From Desulfomonilia bacterium (GTDB lineage: Bacteria; Desulfobacterota; Desulfomonilia; UBA1062), in assembly GCA_050014195.1 (NCBI GenBank), contig JBEKDT010000009.1, positions 32,001 through 96,000 on the forward strand: a stretch of 64,000 bases of DNA, in the 5' to 3' direction. Under the pieces are notes generated by a model. The model saw nothing but the letters and a program-made list of their open reading frames with translations, ran no database searches and was not told the DNA's origin. Shown piece by piece: positions 18,125-27,970 of this stretch. Made by a program: the position numbers and the translations under genes. How positions within the stretch are numbered: position 1 is the first letter of the stretch; every line of letters starts with the position of its first letter.

Positions 18125-18294
18125 AATTAATGCTGTATCAAATCCTGGTTAGATTCATATATGTTTAATTATATCCAATATATTATTAGATAGTTATTAC
18201 CAATTAAACGTGATCTCAATGGGATTTATCTTAAATATTTTGTTGCGATGTGACAATTTGTATGATAAATGTGGGTATACTGGATGGGGAAACC

Positions 18295-18768
18295 ATGGAT
18301 GAAACCATTGTCCTTAAAAAATATGCAAGCAGGCGGCTCTACAACCCTTTGAACAGCTCCTATGTCACGCTGACCCAGGTGGCGGACCTCATCAGGGCGG
18401 GTAAGGACATAAAAGTTCTTGATGCCAAGAACAATGAGGACGTCACGGCGTTCATCCTCACCCAGATCATCATGGAAGAGGCAAAGAACAAGAATGCCCT
18501 GTTGCCGGTGCCGCTCCTGCATCTCATCATCCGTTACGGCTCTACGGTCCTCCAGGAGTTCTTTGAGAAACACCTCCAGGATACGATCAATTCCTACCTC
18601 CAGTACAAACAGGCCGTTGACGATCAGTTCAGCAAGTGGCTGAACATGGGTGTGAACTATTCCGAGATGACACGCAATGCCATGAAGGACCTTTCACCAT
18701 TCCCGGGATTCCCCCCTAAGAAAAGCCCACGGCCTCCGGAGAAACCCGGCAAAAAGAAAAAGGGCTGA
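18295..18768 (+). CDS. phaR: PHA synthesis repressor PhaR
   Basis: KKYASRRLYN...SSYVTL, V.DAK..EDVT..ILTQII.EE, LP...L..IIRYG. Confidence 0.9.
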   Translation: MDETIVLKKYASRRLYNPLNSSYVTLTQVADLIRAGKDIKVLDAKNNEDVTAFILTQIIMEEAKNKNALLPVPLLHLIIRYGSTVLQEFFEKHLQDTINSYLQYKQAVDDQFSKWLNMGVNYSEMTRNAMKDLSPFPGFPPKKSPRPPEKPGKKKKG

Positions 18769-18813
18769 TTCAGGCTTCATCCGCCCTCTTTCTATTATCG
18801 ACTCGCGGGTTCT

Positions 18814-19965
18814 TTAAGCAGCGCTCATCTGTGGAGAAGTTTCGGTGTTTACACTCCGCCTGGCCCCGTACGTAAGGGCGTTTGCGAGCCCGATCTTTTC
18901 AAGGGTGAATCTCAATGCCGGCGGCCAGTGATCCTTCAGGGCCTTTCGCCCCATGAACACGGAGATATGCCCCGCATCCTCCACGACCGTCTGGAAAATA
19001 TCCTCGAGCCTTGTTGCAACGTATGAGCTCATGTTGAAGAGCTGCGGCACCAAAGTGATATCATCCTTCTCTCCGGCAAGCATGGCGATGGGGCATGTGA
19101 TGGTATGCAGGTCTATATACGTACCAAGGACCTTCAGTTTTCCCTGGATAAGGTGGTTCTTCTTGAAGAGCTTGTCCACAGCCTGCAGATACCACCTGCC
19201 CGATATGTTCTGGGTATATTCGTACCAGGTCTGAAACTGCTTCGACCTCTCAAGATATTTATCATCTCTCACATTGACCCACAGGTTGATGAAGTCACTT
19301 ACAAACCGCTCGTAGGGGTTCATGATCTTCCAACCCATGAGCATCATGTCGCCGAGCATGTTTCCAAAGCCCATGGCGACAAGCCACTGGTAGAAATCAA
19401 TGGGCATGCCCTGGACGACATCCTGGAGCTTGCCTCCGCCCGCTGTGAAATCGATGGGCGCCGCCGCCAGCATGAGGGCCTTGACATCTTCAGGATAAAG
19501 GGATGCATAGATGGCGCAGAGCCATCCGCCCTGACACAGCCCCACGAGGATAACCGGCTCTCCGGCGCCATGCACGCACAACCTGAGCTGCAAAACGAGA
19601 TCGCTGATGGTCTCGTGCTGTCTGGTAGGTGTGCTCGGTTTCCATTCGATCACATACACCGGCAGCGTCGTTTCCTTCAGGCATGTCTGGACCAGGCTTT
19701 GTTCCTGCGCATAATCCGCTATGCTCGAATGATGACCGGCCTGAGGCGGCACAATAATCAACGGTGCCCCGGTGCGGTTCTCATCGAACCGCCTGAGTAT
19801 GACAGCCTTATCTTCATGAATAATTGTGTTCGGAGTGATGAATTCCGGTGTATGCCGGTAGGTTGCAGTCTCCATGAACTTAGCGATATCCACATACGAA
19901 TCGAACATTGTTACCTCCCTTTTCTTTGCAACTTTTCTCATAAGGTCGGGGATTTCGTTTTTCAA
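18814..19965 (-). CDS. Intracellular PHA depolymerase-like alpha/beta hydrolase (PhaZ/DUF3141-like)
   Basis: VPPQAGHHS, GLCQGGW, AAPID, AGEKDDIT, AGHISVF. Confidence 0.65.
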   Translation of the reverse strand: MKNEIPDLMRKVAKKREVTMFDSYVDIAKFMETATYRHTPEFITPNTIIHEDKAVILRRFDENRTGAPLIIVPPQAGHHSSIADYAQEQSLVQTCLKETTLPVYVIEWKPSTPTRQHETISDLVLQLRLCVHGAGEPVILVGLCQGGWLCAIYASLYPEDVKALMLAAAPIDFTAGGGKLQDVVQGMPIDFYQWLVAMGFGNMLGDMMLMGWKIMNPYERFVSDFINLWVNVRDDKYLERSKQFQTWYEYTQNISGRWYLQAVDKLFKKNHLIQGKLKVLGTYIDLHTITCPIAMLAGEKDDITLVPQLFNMSSYVATRLEDIFQTVVEDAGHISVFMGRKALKDHWPPALRFTLEKIGLANALTYGARRSVNTETSPQMSAA

Positions 19966-20133
19966 TGATGCTCATCAATTGTTGCTGCCCCAGTGAGGCG
20001 GACAACATATGAAGATTCTCTCTCTTATTCCTATCGGAGCAGTATGAAAACCCATAAGGTCAGGCATCTTGCACCCTTGATTTTTTCTGGTTATCCTTTA
20101 CGATAAGTATTCTAAAGATTTTTTGATAATGAG

Positions 20134-23013
20134 ATGAAAAAGATACGAATGATCCTTATCTTAGTCCTGTCTCTTCTTGTCCTCTATACGATTACCGGCT
20201 TTTTCATCCTGCCCCCCGTGCTCACCTCAGTGCTGTCCAAGAACCTTACCCAGGCACTTAAACGAAATGTGGCAATTGAAAAGATCCGGTTCAATCCTTA
20301 CACCCTTGTGGCTGTGGTCCAGGGATTATCCATCAAGGATCAGAACCGTAGCGATGCATTTGTCTCATTAAGATCGCTCACAGTGGACGTTCAGTGGGCC
20401 TCCTTATTCAAGCTGGCTCCCATCATACGGGAGCTGAAATTAGACACACCCTCCATCAAGGTCATAAGGTTTGAAGACGGCACCTATAATTTCTCCGACC
20501 TGATGAAAGGCGGCAAAAAAAAAGAGAAACCCCAGGAGTTCTCCATATCAAATATTCAGATTGTCGGCGGAGTCGTGGTGATGGATGACATGCCCGTCCA
20601 CAAGACCCACATTGCAAAGGACATCAACATCACCATCCCCTTTGTATCAAACATACCTTATTATACGAATGTCTTTGTCCAGCCGAGCTTCCAGGCAACC
20701 ATAAACGGCACTCCCTTCCAGCTCAAGGGTAAGACAAAGCCCTTCTCAGACTCTCTCGAAACAACCCTTGCCTTGAGCCTCAAGGACATAAACCTCCCGA
20801 ATTACCTCGCCTATGTCCCCATGAAGCTTGGATTTGATGTTGATTCAGGCTCCCTGGATCTCAATGTCTTATTCTCCTATAAGCAGTTCCGTACCAAGCA
20901 GCAGCCCACACTGAACATCTCGGCAGATCTGGCTTGCAAAGAACTTGATGTGAAGGACCAAGGCGGCAACCCTATCCTGCATATTCCGAAGATGACCACA
21001 AAGCTTGCCCCTTCACGACTCCTAAAGAAACAGATTCATGTTGAACAGATTGCTGCTTCCTCCCCTGAGCTTACCGTCAGCAGGGATAAAAAAGGCATGC
21101 TGAATCTGGTGCAGGTCCTGCAGAAGACAAAAGCCAAGCAGCCATCTCCATCCGGGAAGGATCAGACACCGGCAAATCCTCTCTTGCTGATTATCGATAG
21201 AATCGACCTTTCCGGCGGGAAGATATCATATGTCGATCTTTCGGGAAGCTCACCGGTTAAGATAACGGCTGAAGATCTGTCTGTTGCCGCCCGCGCCATC
21301 ACCACAGACAGGCAGGGCAGTGGCATAGTGGATATCTCATGTAGGCTCAATCAAACAGGACACCTCTCGCTCGGCACTTCATTCGTCATGAATCCTGTAT
21401 CAGCCGATATCAAGCTGGCCTTAGACGGATTCCAGCCCGCATGGGTCCAGCCCTATTTCATTGATCAGGTGCCTATCCTCATCAGGCAGGGGATGCTGTC
21501 TTCGCAAGGTCAGATAAAGATTGCCCTTGCACCAAAGACGCCCCCGCGGATCAATTTTATTGGGGATGTGCAGTTTTCAGACTTTGCATCAGTAACCAGG
21601 GCTCAGGCAGAGGATCTTGTCTCTTTTAAAAACATAATGCTTAAAGGCATCGACTTTTCCCTGAACCCCGGACATGTAATCATTCAGGAGATCGGGTTCA
21701 TATCTCCAGCCTCATCGTTCAACATAACTCAGGATGGTAGTAACAACTTCGCCGCAGTATTCGGACAAAAACCATCCAAGCCCTCTCCTCAACCAGCCAA
21801 GGGAAAAAAGACCCTTGAACGCATCGCAGTTGGAAAGATCACCTTCAAGAATGGCCGGTTCACCTTCTCTGACCACTCCATTGCACCCCGTTACTCTACA
21901 TCCTTGACCGGCATCTCGGGGAGCATCTCAGGCCTGTCGTCGGATGAATTCAAGAAGGCAGTTGTCAACCTAAGTGCAAAGCTCGACAACCAGGCCCCCA
22001 TTGCCATAACCGGGTCCATCAACCCATTGAAGCAGGACCTCTTCGTGGATCTGGCAGTCAAATTCACAAACATCGAGCTGAGCCAGGTCACACCCTATTC
22101 GGGTAAATACCTGGGATATGCCATTGATAAGGGGAAGCTTACTTTGGTATTGAAATACTCCATTGACAAGAAGCTGCTCCAGGCCCAAAACGATGTGCTC
22201 ATCGACCAGCTCACCTTCGGCAATTCAGTTGACAGCAAGGATGCCACAAAGCTCCCGGTGAGGCTTGCCGTGGTCCTTCTCAGAGACAACAGCGGAAAGA
22301 TAGACCTGCACCTGCCCATCAGTGGTCGCACCGATGACCCAAACTTCCATGTGGGCAAGATCATCATCGATACCATCGTCAATATCCTTTCGAAGGCTGC
22401 TACTTCTCCCTTCGCCTTGCTGGAAGCGCTCTACCCGGGATCAGCGGAGCTGAGTTTCATCGATTTCGAACCCGGCAGATCCTCTCTCAGCGAGGAGAGT
22501 AAGAAGAAACTCGATAAGGTTGTCCAGATACTCACCGATCGGACAGCCCTTAACCTGGAGCTCAGCGGATATGTGGATGCATCGAGCGACAAATCCGGGC
22601 TCAATACCTATTTGTTTGAACATGGACTTAAGGAACAGAAGCTCAAGGATATCTTGAGGGGGGGCCGGCAGGCATCTTCGGTGGATGATATTATTATCGA
22701 ACAAAAAGAGTACAGCACCTATCTCACAAAGGCCTACAAGGCCCTTGACTTCCAGGGCAAGCCTAAAAATTTCCTGGGACTTTTGAAAACACTTTCCGAC
22801 GATGAGATGAAGAATCTCATGCTCGAACACTTGAAGGTTACTGATGATGACCTCAAGGGGCTTGCCGAAGCAAGGGCCCAGAAAGCGCGCGACTATCTCG
22901 TGGAGACTGGGAAAATCGACCCAGCAAGGATCTTCCTTGTCAAGGCCAACGCCCTGGCACCAGTCAAGATCGATAAGGCCCTTAATTCACGGGTAAGCCT
23001 CTCCATCAAATAG
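20134..23013 (+). CDS. DUF748/AsmA-like envelope protein with C-terminal OmpA-like region
   Basis: N-terminal membrane anchor; FNPYTL, NFSDL; PYSGKYLGYAIDKGKL; LPVRLAVVLLRD; LAEARAQ.ARDYL. Confidence 0.8.
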   Translation: MKKIRMILILVLSLLVLYTITGFFILPPVLTSVLSKNLTQALKRNVAIEKIRFNPYTLVAVVQGLSIKDQNRSDAFVSLRSLTVDVQWASLFKLAPIIRELKLDTPSIKVIRFEDGTYNFSDLMKGGKKKEKPQEFSISNIQIVGGVVVMDDMPVHKTHIAKDINITIPFVSNIPYYTNVFVQPSFQATINGTPFQLKGKTKPFSDSLETTLALSLKDINLPNYLAYVPMKLGFDVDSGSLDLNVLFSYKQFRTKQQPTLNISADLACKELDVKDQGGNPILHIPKMTTKLAPSRLLKKQIHVEQIAASSPELTVSRDKKGMLNLVQVLQKTKAKQPSPSGKDQTPANPLLLIIDRIDLSGGKISYVDLSGSSPVKITAEDLSVAARAITTDRQGSGIVDISCRLNQTGHLSLGTSFVMNPVSADIKLALDGFQPAWVQPYFIDQVPILIRQGMLSSQGQIKIALAPKTPPRINFIGDVQFSDFASVTRAQAEDLVSFKNIMLKGIDFSLNPGHVIIQEIGFISPASSFNITQDGSNNFAAVFGQKPSKPSPQPAKGKKTLERIAVGKITFKNGRFTFSDHSIAPRYSTSLTGISGSISGLSSDEFKKAVVNLSAKLDNQAPIAITGSINPLKQDLFVDLAVKFTNIELSQVTPYSGKYLGYAIDKGKLTLVLKYSIDKKLLQAQNDVLIDQLTFGNSVDSKDATKLPVRLAVVLLRDNSGKIDLHLPISGRTDDPNFHVGKIIIDTIVNILSKAATSPFALLEALYPGSAELSFIDFEPGRSSLSEESKKKLDKVVQILTDRTALNLELSGYVDASSDKSGLNTYLFEHGLKEQKLKDILRGGRQASSVDDIIIEQKEYSTYLTKAYKALDFQGKPKNFLGLLKTLSDDEMKNLMLEHLKVTDDDLKGLAEARAQKARDYLVETGKIDPARIFLVKANALAPVKIDKALNSRVSLSIK

Positions 23014-23225
23014 AAATAGAATAAGACATCACCCCTAACTCCGCTGAATATTTCGCTAGGTGAGCATGAGAATCATATTACCAGTTAGGATACCTGTATT
23101 ATTATCGAGCGAGCGCTCACTTTGTCATTGGAAATTCACTGTATTGTTGTGTATAATAAAAGGGTATGGCTTAAAGCCATACCCTTGGATTGCACCTTGT
23201 CACTACACTTAAAAGAGGAGGCAAT

Positions 23226-23996
23226 ATGGGCTACGAAACATTTATTCTTGAGAAACAAGGTTATGTCGCGACCATCACCTTGAACCGCCCGCCCACCAAT
23301 TCGGTGAGCTATGCCATGCTGGGAGAGCTGGACAAGGCGCTTGCCGAGGTGGCTTCCGACAAGGATGCACGCGTGCTCGTCTTCACCGGAGCCGGAGACC
23401 GGTGCTTCTCGGCCGGAATGGATGTGTCCGATGCCATGAACCACTCCGATGTCGGGGAGGTGGGAAGGGCCTTGTGGACCAAGGTAGACCTGTTTGAAAA
23501 GCCCACCATTGCGGCCATCAACGGCCATGCCCTGGGAGGAGGGTGCGAGCTGGCGCTGGCCTGCCACTTCCGGTATATGGCGGACAACCCCAAGGCCTTC
23601 ATGGGCTGCCCCGAGATCAACCTGGGCATCACACCGGGCTGGGGCGGGACCCAGAGGATGACCCGGCTCCTGGGCAGGACCAAGGCTTTAGAGCTCATGC
23701 TCAATGCAAAGCGCTTGAGCCCGAAGGAGGCTTTAGACATCGGCCTCGTGGAAAAACTCTTCGCCCCGGAACAGCTCATGCCCCAGGTCATGGAGATAGC
23801 CTCCACTCTCTCTGAGAGAGCGCCGCTGTCGGTGCGCGCCATCATCCAGGCATCCACCACGTTCATAACCAAGGGGATCGAAGAGGGGCTCAAAGTCGAG
23901 GCGGCCGGAAGCAAGATCTGCGCGGCGTCCAAGGACGCCATCGAAGGCTTCACCGCATTCATGCAGAAGAGAAAACCCGAATTCAAGGGTGAGTGA
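23226..23996 (+). CDS. Enoyl-CoA hydratase (crotonase family)
   Basis: TITLNRP, FSAGMD, AINGHALGGGCELALAC, PEINLGITPGWGGTQR. Confidence 0.92.
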   Translation: MGYETFILEKQGYVATITLNRPPTNSVSYAMLGELDKALAEVASDKDARVLVFTGAGDRCFSAGMDVSDAMNHSDVGEVGRALWTKVDLFEKPTIAAINGHALGGGCELALACHFRYMADNPKAFMGCPEINLGITPGWGGTQRMTRLLGRTKALELMLNAKRLSPKEALDIGLVEKLFAPEQLMPQVMEIASTLSERAPLSVRAIIQASTTFITKGIEEGLKVEAAGSKICAASKDAIEGFTAFMQKRKPEFKGE

Positions 23997-24014
23997 TTCT
24001 ATCAGGAGGATACT

Positions 24015-25154
24015 ATGGAAGTGAAAAAGTTAGCAGTCATCGGTGCCGGGGCTATGGGCAACGGCATTGCCCAGGTCGGGCTCATGGCAGGCTACACGGT
24101 GGCCATGCACGACGTGGAGCAGCGTTTCGTGGACAGGGGCGTGAATACCATCAAGGAGAGCCTTTCCAAGTTCGTGGGTAAAGGCAAGATCACTGCCGAG
24201 CAGAGCGACGACATGCTGAAACGGCTCTTGCCCACTACAGATCTCAAGGCTGCCGTGGCGGATGCGGACCTGGTCATCGAGGCCGTGTTCGAAGATCTGA
24301 GCCTCAAGAAGAAGATCTTTGCCGACCTGGACGCCTCTGCGCCGGCAAAGACCATCCTGGCGAGCAACACCTCGTCCATGAGCATCACCGAGATCGCCTC
24401 GGCCACTAAACGGCCCGGCAACGTCGTGGGCATGCACTTCTTCAACCCGGCCGTCATGCTCAAGCTCGTAGAGGTCATTTACGCAAAGCAATCGTCGGAT
24501 GAGTCCATAAAAACCACCTATGAAGTGGCCAAGAAGATGGGCAAGGTCCCGGTCATTGTGAAGAAGGACACGCCAGGCTTTATCTACAACCGGGTGAACG
24601 CGCCTACGGCCCTGTTTCTTCAGATCCTCCTGGACAAGGGAAGCCCAACGCCTGCCCAGTTCGATGCGGCATTCAAGGCCCTCATGCCCATGACCCCCTT
24701 TGAATTGTTTGATTATGTGGGCCTGGATATCGTGCTGCATACCCAGAAGTATTACTCCGAGACCCTTTCCAAGGACTATACGCCGAGAAAGGCCCTTGTT
24801 GACCTCGTGAATGCAGGGACCCTGGGTAAAAAGACCGGCAAGGGCCTGTATGATTGGTCTGCAGGCAGGCCGGCTATCGATACCTCGAATCCTACAACGG
24901 AGTATGATTTCACACACATGGTGGCCCTTCAGGTAAACGAGGCCACCAAATGCCTGGAAGAAGGGGTGACAAACGACCCCAAGGATATAGACCTTGCCAT
25001 AGCCAACGGCGGCGGCGGCATGGGCCCCTTCACCCTGGCCCAGAGCATCGGCTATGACAAGCTCATAGCGAGATGCAACGAACTGGCCGACAAGTTCGGC
25101 ATCGAGACCTTCCGGCCTACCAAGACCATGAAAGAAGGGAAGATAAAGGTATAG
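24015..25154 (+). CDS. 3-hydroxyacyl-CoA dehydrogenase
   Basis: GAGAMGNGIA, VIEAVFE, ASNTSS, GMHFFNP, PGFIYNR, LGKKTGKG. Confidence 0.93.
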   Translation: MEVKKLAVIGAGAMGNGIAQVGLMAGYTVAMHDVEQRFVDRGVNTIKESLSKFVGKGKITAEQSDDMLKRLLPTTDLKAAVADADLVIEAVFEDLSLKKKIFADLDASAPAKTILASNTSSMSITEIASATKRPGNVVGMHFFNPAVMLKLVEVIYAKQSSDESIKTTYEVAKKMGKVPVIVKKDTPGFIYNRVNAPTALFLQILLDKGSPTPAQFDAAFKALMPMTPFELFDYVGLDIVLHTQKYYSETLSKDYTPRKALVDLVNAGTLGKKTGKGLYDWSAGRPAIDTSNPTTEYDFTHMVALQVNEATKCLEEGVTNDPKDIDLAIANGGGGMGPFTLAQSIGYDKLIARCNELADKFGIETFRPTKTMKEGKIKV

Positions 25155-25180
25155 ACATAAGCCCTCAGCTAAGAGAAAGA

Positions 25181-25218
25181 GGAGAGGGCGGCCGGAACGG
25201 CGGCCCTCTTGTTCTTTT
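25181..25218 (+). terminator. Rho-independent terminator
   Basis: GAGGGC-GGCCG-GAA-CGGCG-GCCCTC hairpin followed by TTGTTCTTTT. Confidence 0.6.
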
Positions 25219-25272
25219 CATCAATCTTTGAATCTCGTTGATTCTCAATATCAAATGAGTTAACCAAACATT

Positions 25273-25941
25273 ATGCGGATCCTGGTGATCGAAGATGAAA
25301 AGAAGGTCGCGGAATTCATCAGCAATGGTCTCAATGAAGAAGGCTATGCAGTCGATATAGCCCATGATGGCGACCAAGGGTACTTCCTTGCGACAACCAA
25401 TGAGTATGATGCAATCCTTCTCGACATCATGCTCCCCAAAATGGACGGCATCACACTATGCACAAACCTGAGAGGAGAAGAAAACCATACACCCATACTC
25501 ATGCTCACCGCAAAGGACGCAATCAAGGACAAGGTCAGGGGGCTTGATGCCGGTGCAGATGATTACCTGACGAAACCATTTGCGTTTGAAGAGCTCCTGG
25601 CGAGGATCCGGTCGCTGTTACGCAAGAAATACCTCCAACAGAAAACGAGGTTTCAGGTAGACGACCTCGTGCTTGACACAATCACTCATACGGCAACAAG
25701 GGCGGGCAGTGAGATCACCTTGAGCGTTAAAGAATATGCCCTGCTCGAATACCTCATGAGGAATGCAGGGAGTGTGGTGACCCGCACCATGATTGCCGAG
25801 CATGTTTGGGATATCAACTTCGACACATTTACCAATGTGATCGACGTCTATATCAGTTACCTCAGAAACAAGATTGATAGGGAACATAAAACGAAACTCA
25901 TTCACACGGTGCGGGGCAGAGGGTATGTCCTGAAGAACTGA
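25273..25941 (+). CDS. OmpR-family response regulator (CusR/CzcR-like)
   Basis: ILVIEDE, LDIMLP, GADDYLTKPF, NVIDVYI.YLR.KID, TVRGRGY. Confidence 0.93.
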   Translation: MRILVIEDEKKVAEFISNGLNEEGYAVDIAHDGDQGYFLATTNEYDAILLDIMLPKMDGITLCTNLRGEENHTPILMLTAKDAIKDKVRGLDAGADDYLTKPFAFEELLARIRSLLRKKYLQQKTRFQVDDLVLDTITHTATRAGSEITLSVKEYALLEYLMRNAGSVVTRTMIAEHVWDINFDTFTNVIDVYISYLRNKIDREHKTKLIHTVRGRGYVLKN

Positions 25942-25942
25942 T

Positions 25943-27457
25943 ATGTTCAGATCAATAAGACTCAGATTTTTCTTCTGGTACACACTCATACTTGCTGTGA
26001 CTTTCTCTGTGTTTGCCGCGGCGCTCTACTTCAATGTAAGCGCCACCCTAAAAGACCAAATGGACGATCTCTTGCTTACCAAGGCAGAGGGTATAGCCCG
26101 GTCGATCAACACGTACTGGGAAACCGAGAAGATGGATGCCCTCAGACATGGGGCGAGAAGAAATGTATTCAGCAAGATCAATAATGCAAATTTCCTCAAG
26201 ATAGCAAGACGGTGGGCTGAAGAGCGCACGAATGATCCTGACCTCATGAACATCATCGTCCAGATATACAAACCCGATGGTGAGCTGATCGCCTATTCGC
26301 AGAATGTCTTGACACACCTGAACATATCGGGAAATACCCTCCATCGTCTTGCAATCAATAAGACCGTTTACGAAGATCGTCAGGTCACAGAGACCGAGGA
26401 TAAGTACATCGATCTGCGTGTCCTCCAAATCCCTGTATTCGAAGAAGGCAAGATGGCCTACATCGTCCAGGTGGCAGGCCCCTTGAATTCCATTTGGGAA
26501 ACACTCAAAGGGCTCAAGTTCATCCTCTTTCTCCTGCTTCCTATAACGGTAGTGCTCACCAGTGTGCTTGCCGGAGAATTCCTTGCGAGTATAACGTTAA
26601 AACCTCTCAAGAACATGATCACCACAGCCCGTCAAATCACTGCAGAAAATATGAGCCTTCGCATTGCACCTCCCGAAACCCAGGATGAGATCCGGCAATT
26701 GGCAGAGACCTTCAATGATATGCTCGACAAGATACAGCAGGTATTTATTTCCCAGAAGCAATTCATCCAGGATGTTTCCCATGAGCTGAGAACCCCTTTG
26801 ACTATTATGAGGGGGGAATTGGAGGTGGCGCTCAAGAGGCAAAGGACACCGGAGGAGTATTGCTCAACGCTCATGAGCAGCCTCGAAGAGACAAAAAAGA
26901 TCGCGAAGCTGCTGGAAAATCTCCTTGCACTTGCCCGATTCGATAGAAGCTCGGCAACCTTTACGAAGGAGCCCGCGGAGATATCCGCTCTTATGAGAGA
27001 CATTCTTGACGATATGGAGATCCTCGCACATCAAAAGGGGATTGAGATCGATTTCGTAAGCCAGGACGGGGTTATCCTCCCCATTGATAAGGATAAAATC
27101 GCACGTGCGTTTATCAACATCCTCGACAATGCCATTAAATATACCCCTGGTAATGGGAGAATTTCCATCGAGGTTATACGGGAAAATAAACGAGCAATCG
27201 TCACAATTACCGATACCGGCATCGGCATTCCGGAACACGACCTTCCTCATATCTTCGACCGTTTTTATCAGGTCGATAAATCACGCAGCAGCGCAGGTTT
27301 CGGCCTGGGCTTAAGCATCGCCCGCTCGATCATTGAAGCTCATGGCGGATTCATAACGGTCGAGAGCACCCAGAAACAAGGGACAACCTTCCTCATATCG
27401 CTTCCCATGGGCGGGGCGGCCACAGATTATCATCCCCCTGCTTCAAATCACCTCTAA
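25943..27457 (+). CDS. Sensor histidine kinase with HAMP domain
   Basis: Two TM segments, HAMP, DVSHELRTPL H-box, NILDNAIKY, DTGIGI, GFGLGL. Confidence 0.93.
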   Translation: MFRSIRLRFFFWYTLILAVTFSVFAAALYFNVSATLKDQMDDLLLTKAEGIARSINTYWETEKMDALRHGARRNVFSKINNANFLKIARRWAEERTNDPDLMNIIVQIYKPDGELIAYSQNVLTHLNISGNTLHRLAINKTVYEDRQVTETEDKYIDLRVLQIPVFEEGKMAYIVQVAGPLNSIWETLKGLKFILFLLLPITVVLTSVLAGEFLASITLKPLKNMITTARQITAENMSLRIAPPETQDEIRQLAETFNDMLDKIQQVFISQKQFIQDVSHELRTPLTIMRGELEVALKRQRTPEEYCSTLMSSLEETKKIAKLLENLLALARFDRSSATFTKEPAEISALMRDILDDMEILAHQKGIEIDFVSQDGVILPIDKDKIARAFINILDNAIKYTPGNGRISIEVIRENKRAIVTITDTGIGIPEHDLPHIFDRFYQVDKSRSSAGFGLGLSIARSIIEAHGGFITVESTQKQGTTFLISLPMGGAATDYHPPASNHL

Positions 27458-27461
27458 ACAA

Positions 27462-27510
27462 AATGAGAATATTTTAATCTTCTTCTAATGATCGTTTAAT
27501 TATTCTCATT
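27462..27510. promoter_or_regulatory. Putative response-regulator binding site
   Basis: TAAT at 27475, 27486 and 27497 (11-bp period) inside a perfect 10-bp inverted repeat AATGAGAATA/TATTCTCATT. Confidence 0.4.
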
Positions 27511-27560
27511 GTATAGGGAACACCATCAATACCATAAAAAATCCTTAGGAGGAAAGAATC

Positions 27561-27947
27561 ATGAAGAAAGTTATCAGTTTAATCGCAGTATTGGCACTGG
27601 TGTGCTTCACCACTATGGTCTTCGCAGCCGACGCAGCAGCACCCGCAGCAGCACCCGCAGCAGCAAAGGCAGAGCCTGCAAAGACAGAGATGGCAAAGCC
27701 CGATGTAATCAAGGGCAAGATCACCAAGATCGACAAAACAGCTAACACGATCGAGGTAAAGGGTAAGACCTTCACCGTGAAGGCAGAAGACATCGCCACC
27801 TTGAAGAAGGGTCAGATGGTAAAGATTACAGCGGCAGCCGGCAGCCTGAACGCAGACAAGATCGAGGTTATTAAGGCAAAGAAGGCAGTGAAGAAGGCAG
27901 CAGCAGCCGAGAAGAAGGCAGAAGCGACTGAGAAGAAGGCTGAATAG
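27561..27947 (+). CDS. Small exported Ala/Lys-rich protein, probable OB-fold
   Basis: Signal peptide ending VFA; AAAPAAAP linker; GKITKID...LKKGQMVKI; strong AGGAGG SD. Confidence 0.7.
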   Translation: MKKVISLIAVLALVCFTTMVFAADAAAPAAAPAAAKAEPAKTEMAKPDVIKGKITKIDKTANTIEVKGKTFTVKAEDIATLKKGQMVKITAAAGSLNADKIEVIKAKKAVKKAAAAEKKAEATEKKAE

Positions 27948-27970
27948 CAGCACTAAGAGGTATGTGGAGG

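Noticed and set aside
23107-23118. GAGCG-AG-CGCTC palindrome upstream of the crotonase
   Set aside because: Could be a TetR-type operator, but it is short and no second clear copy or regulator was found.
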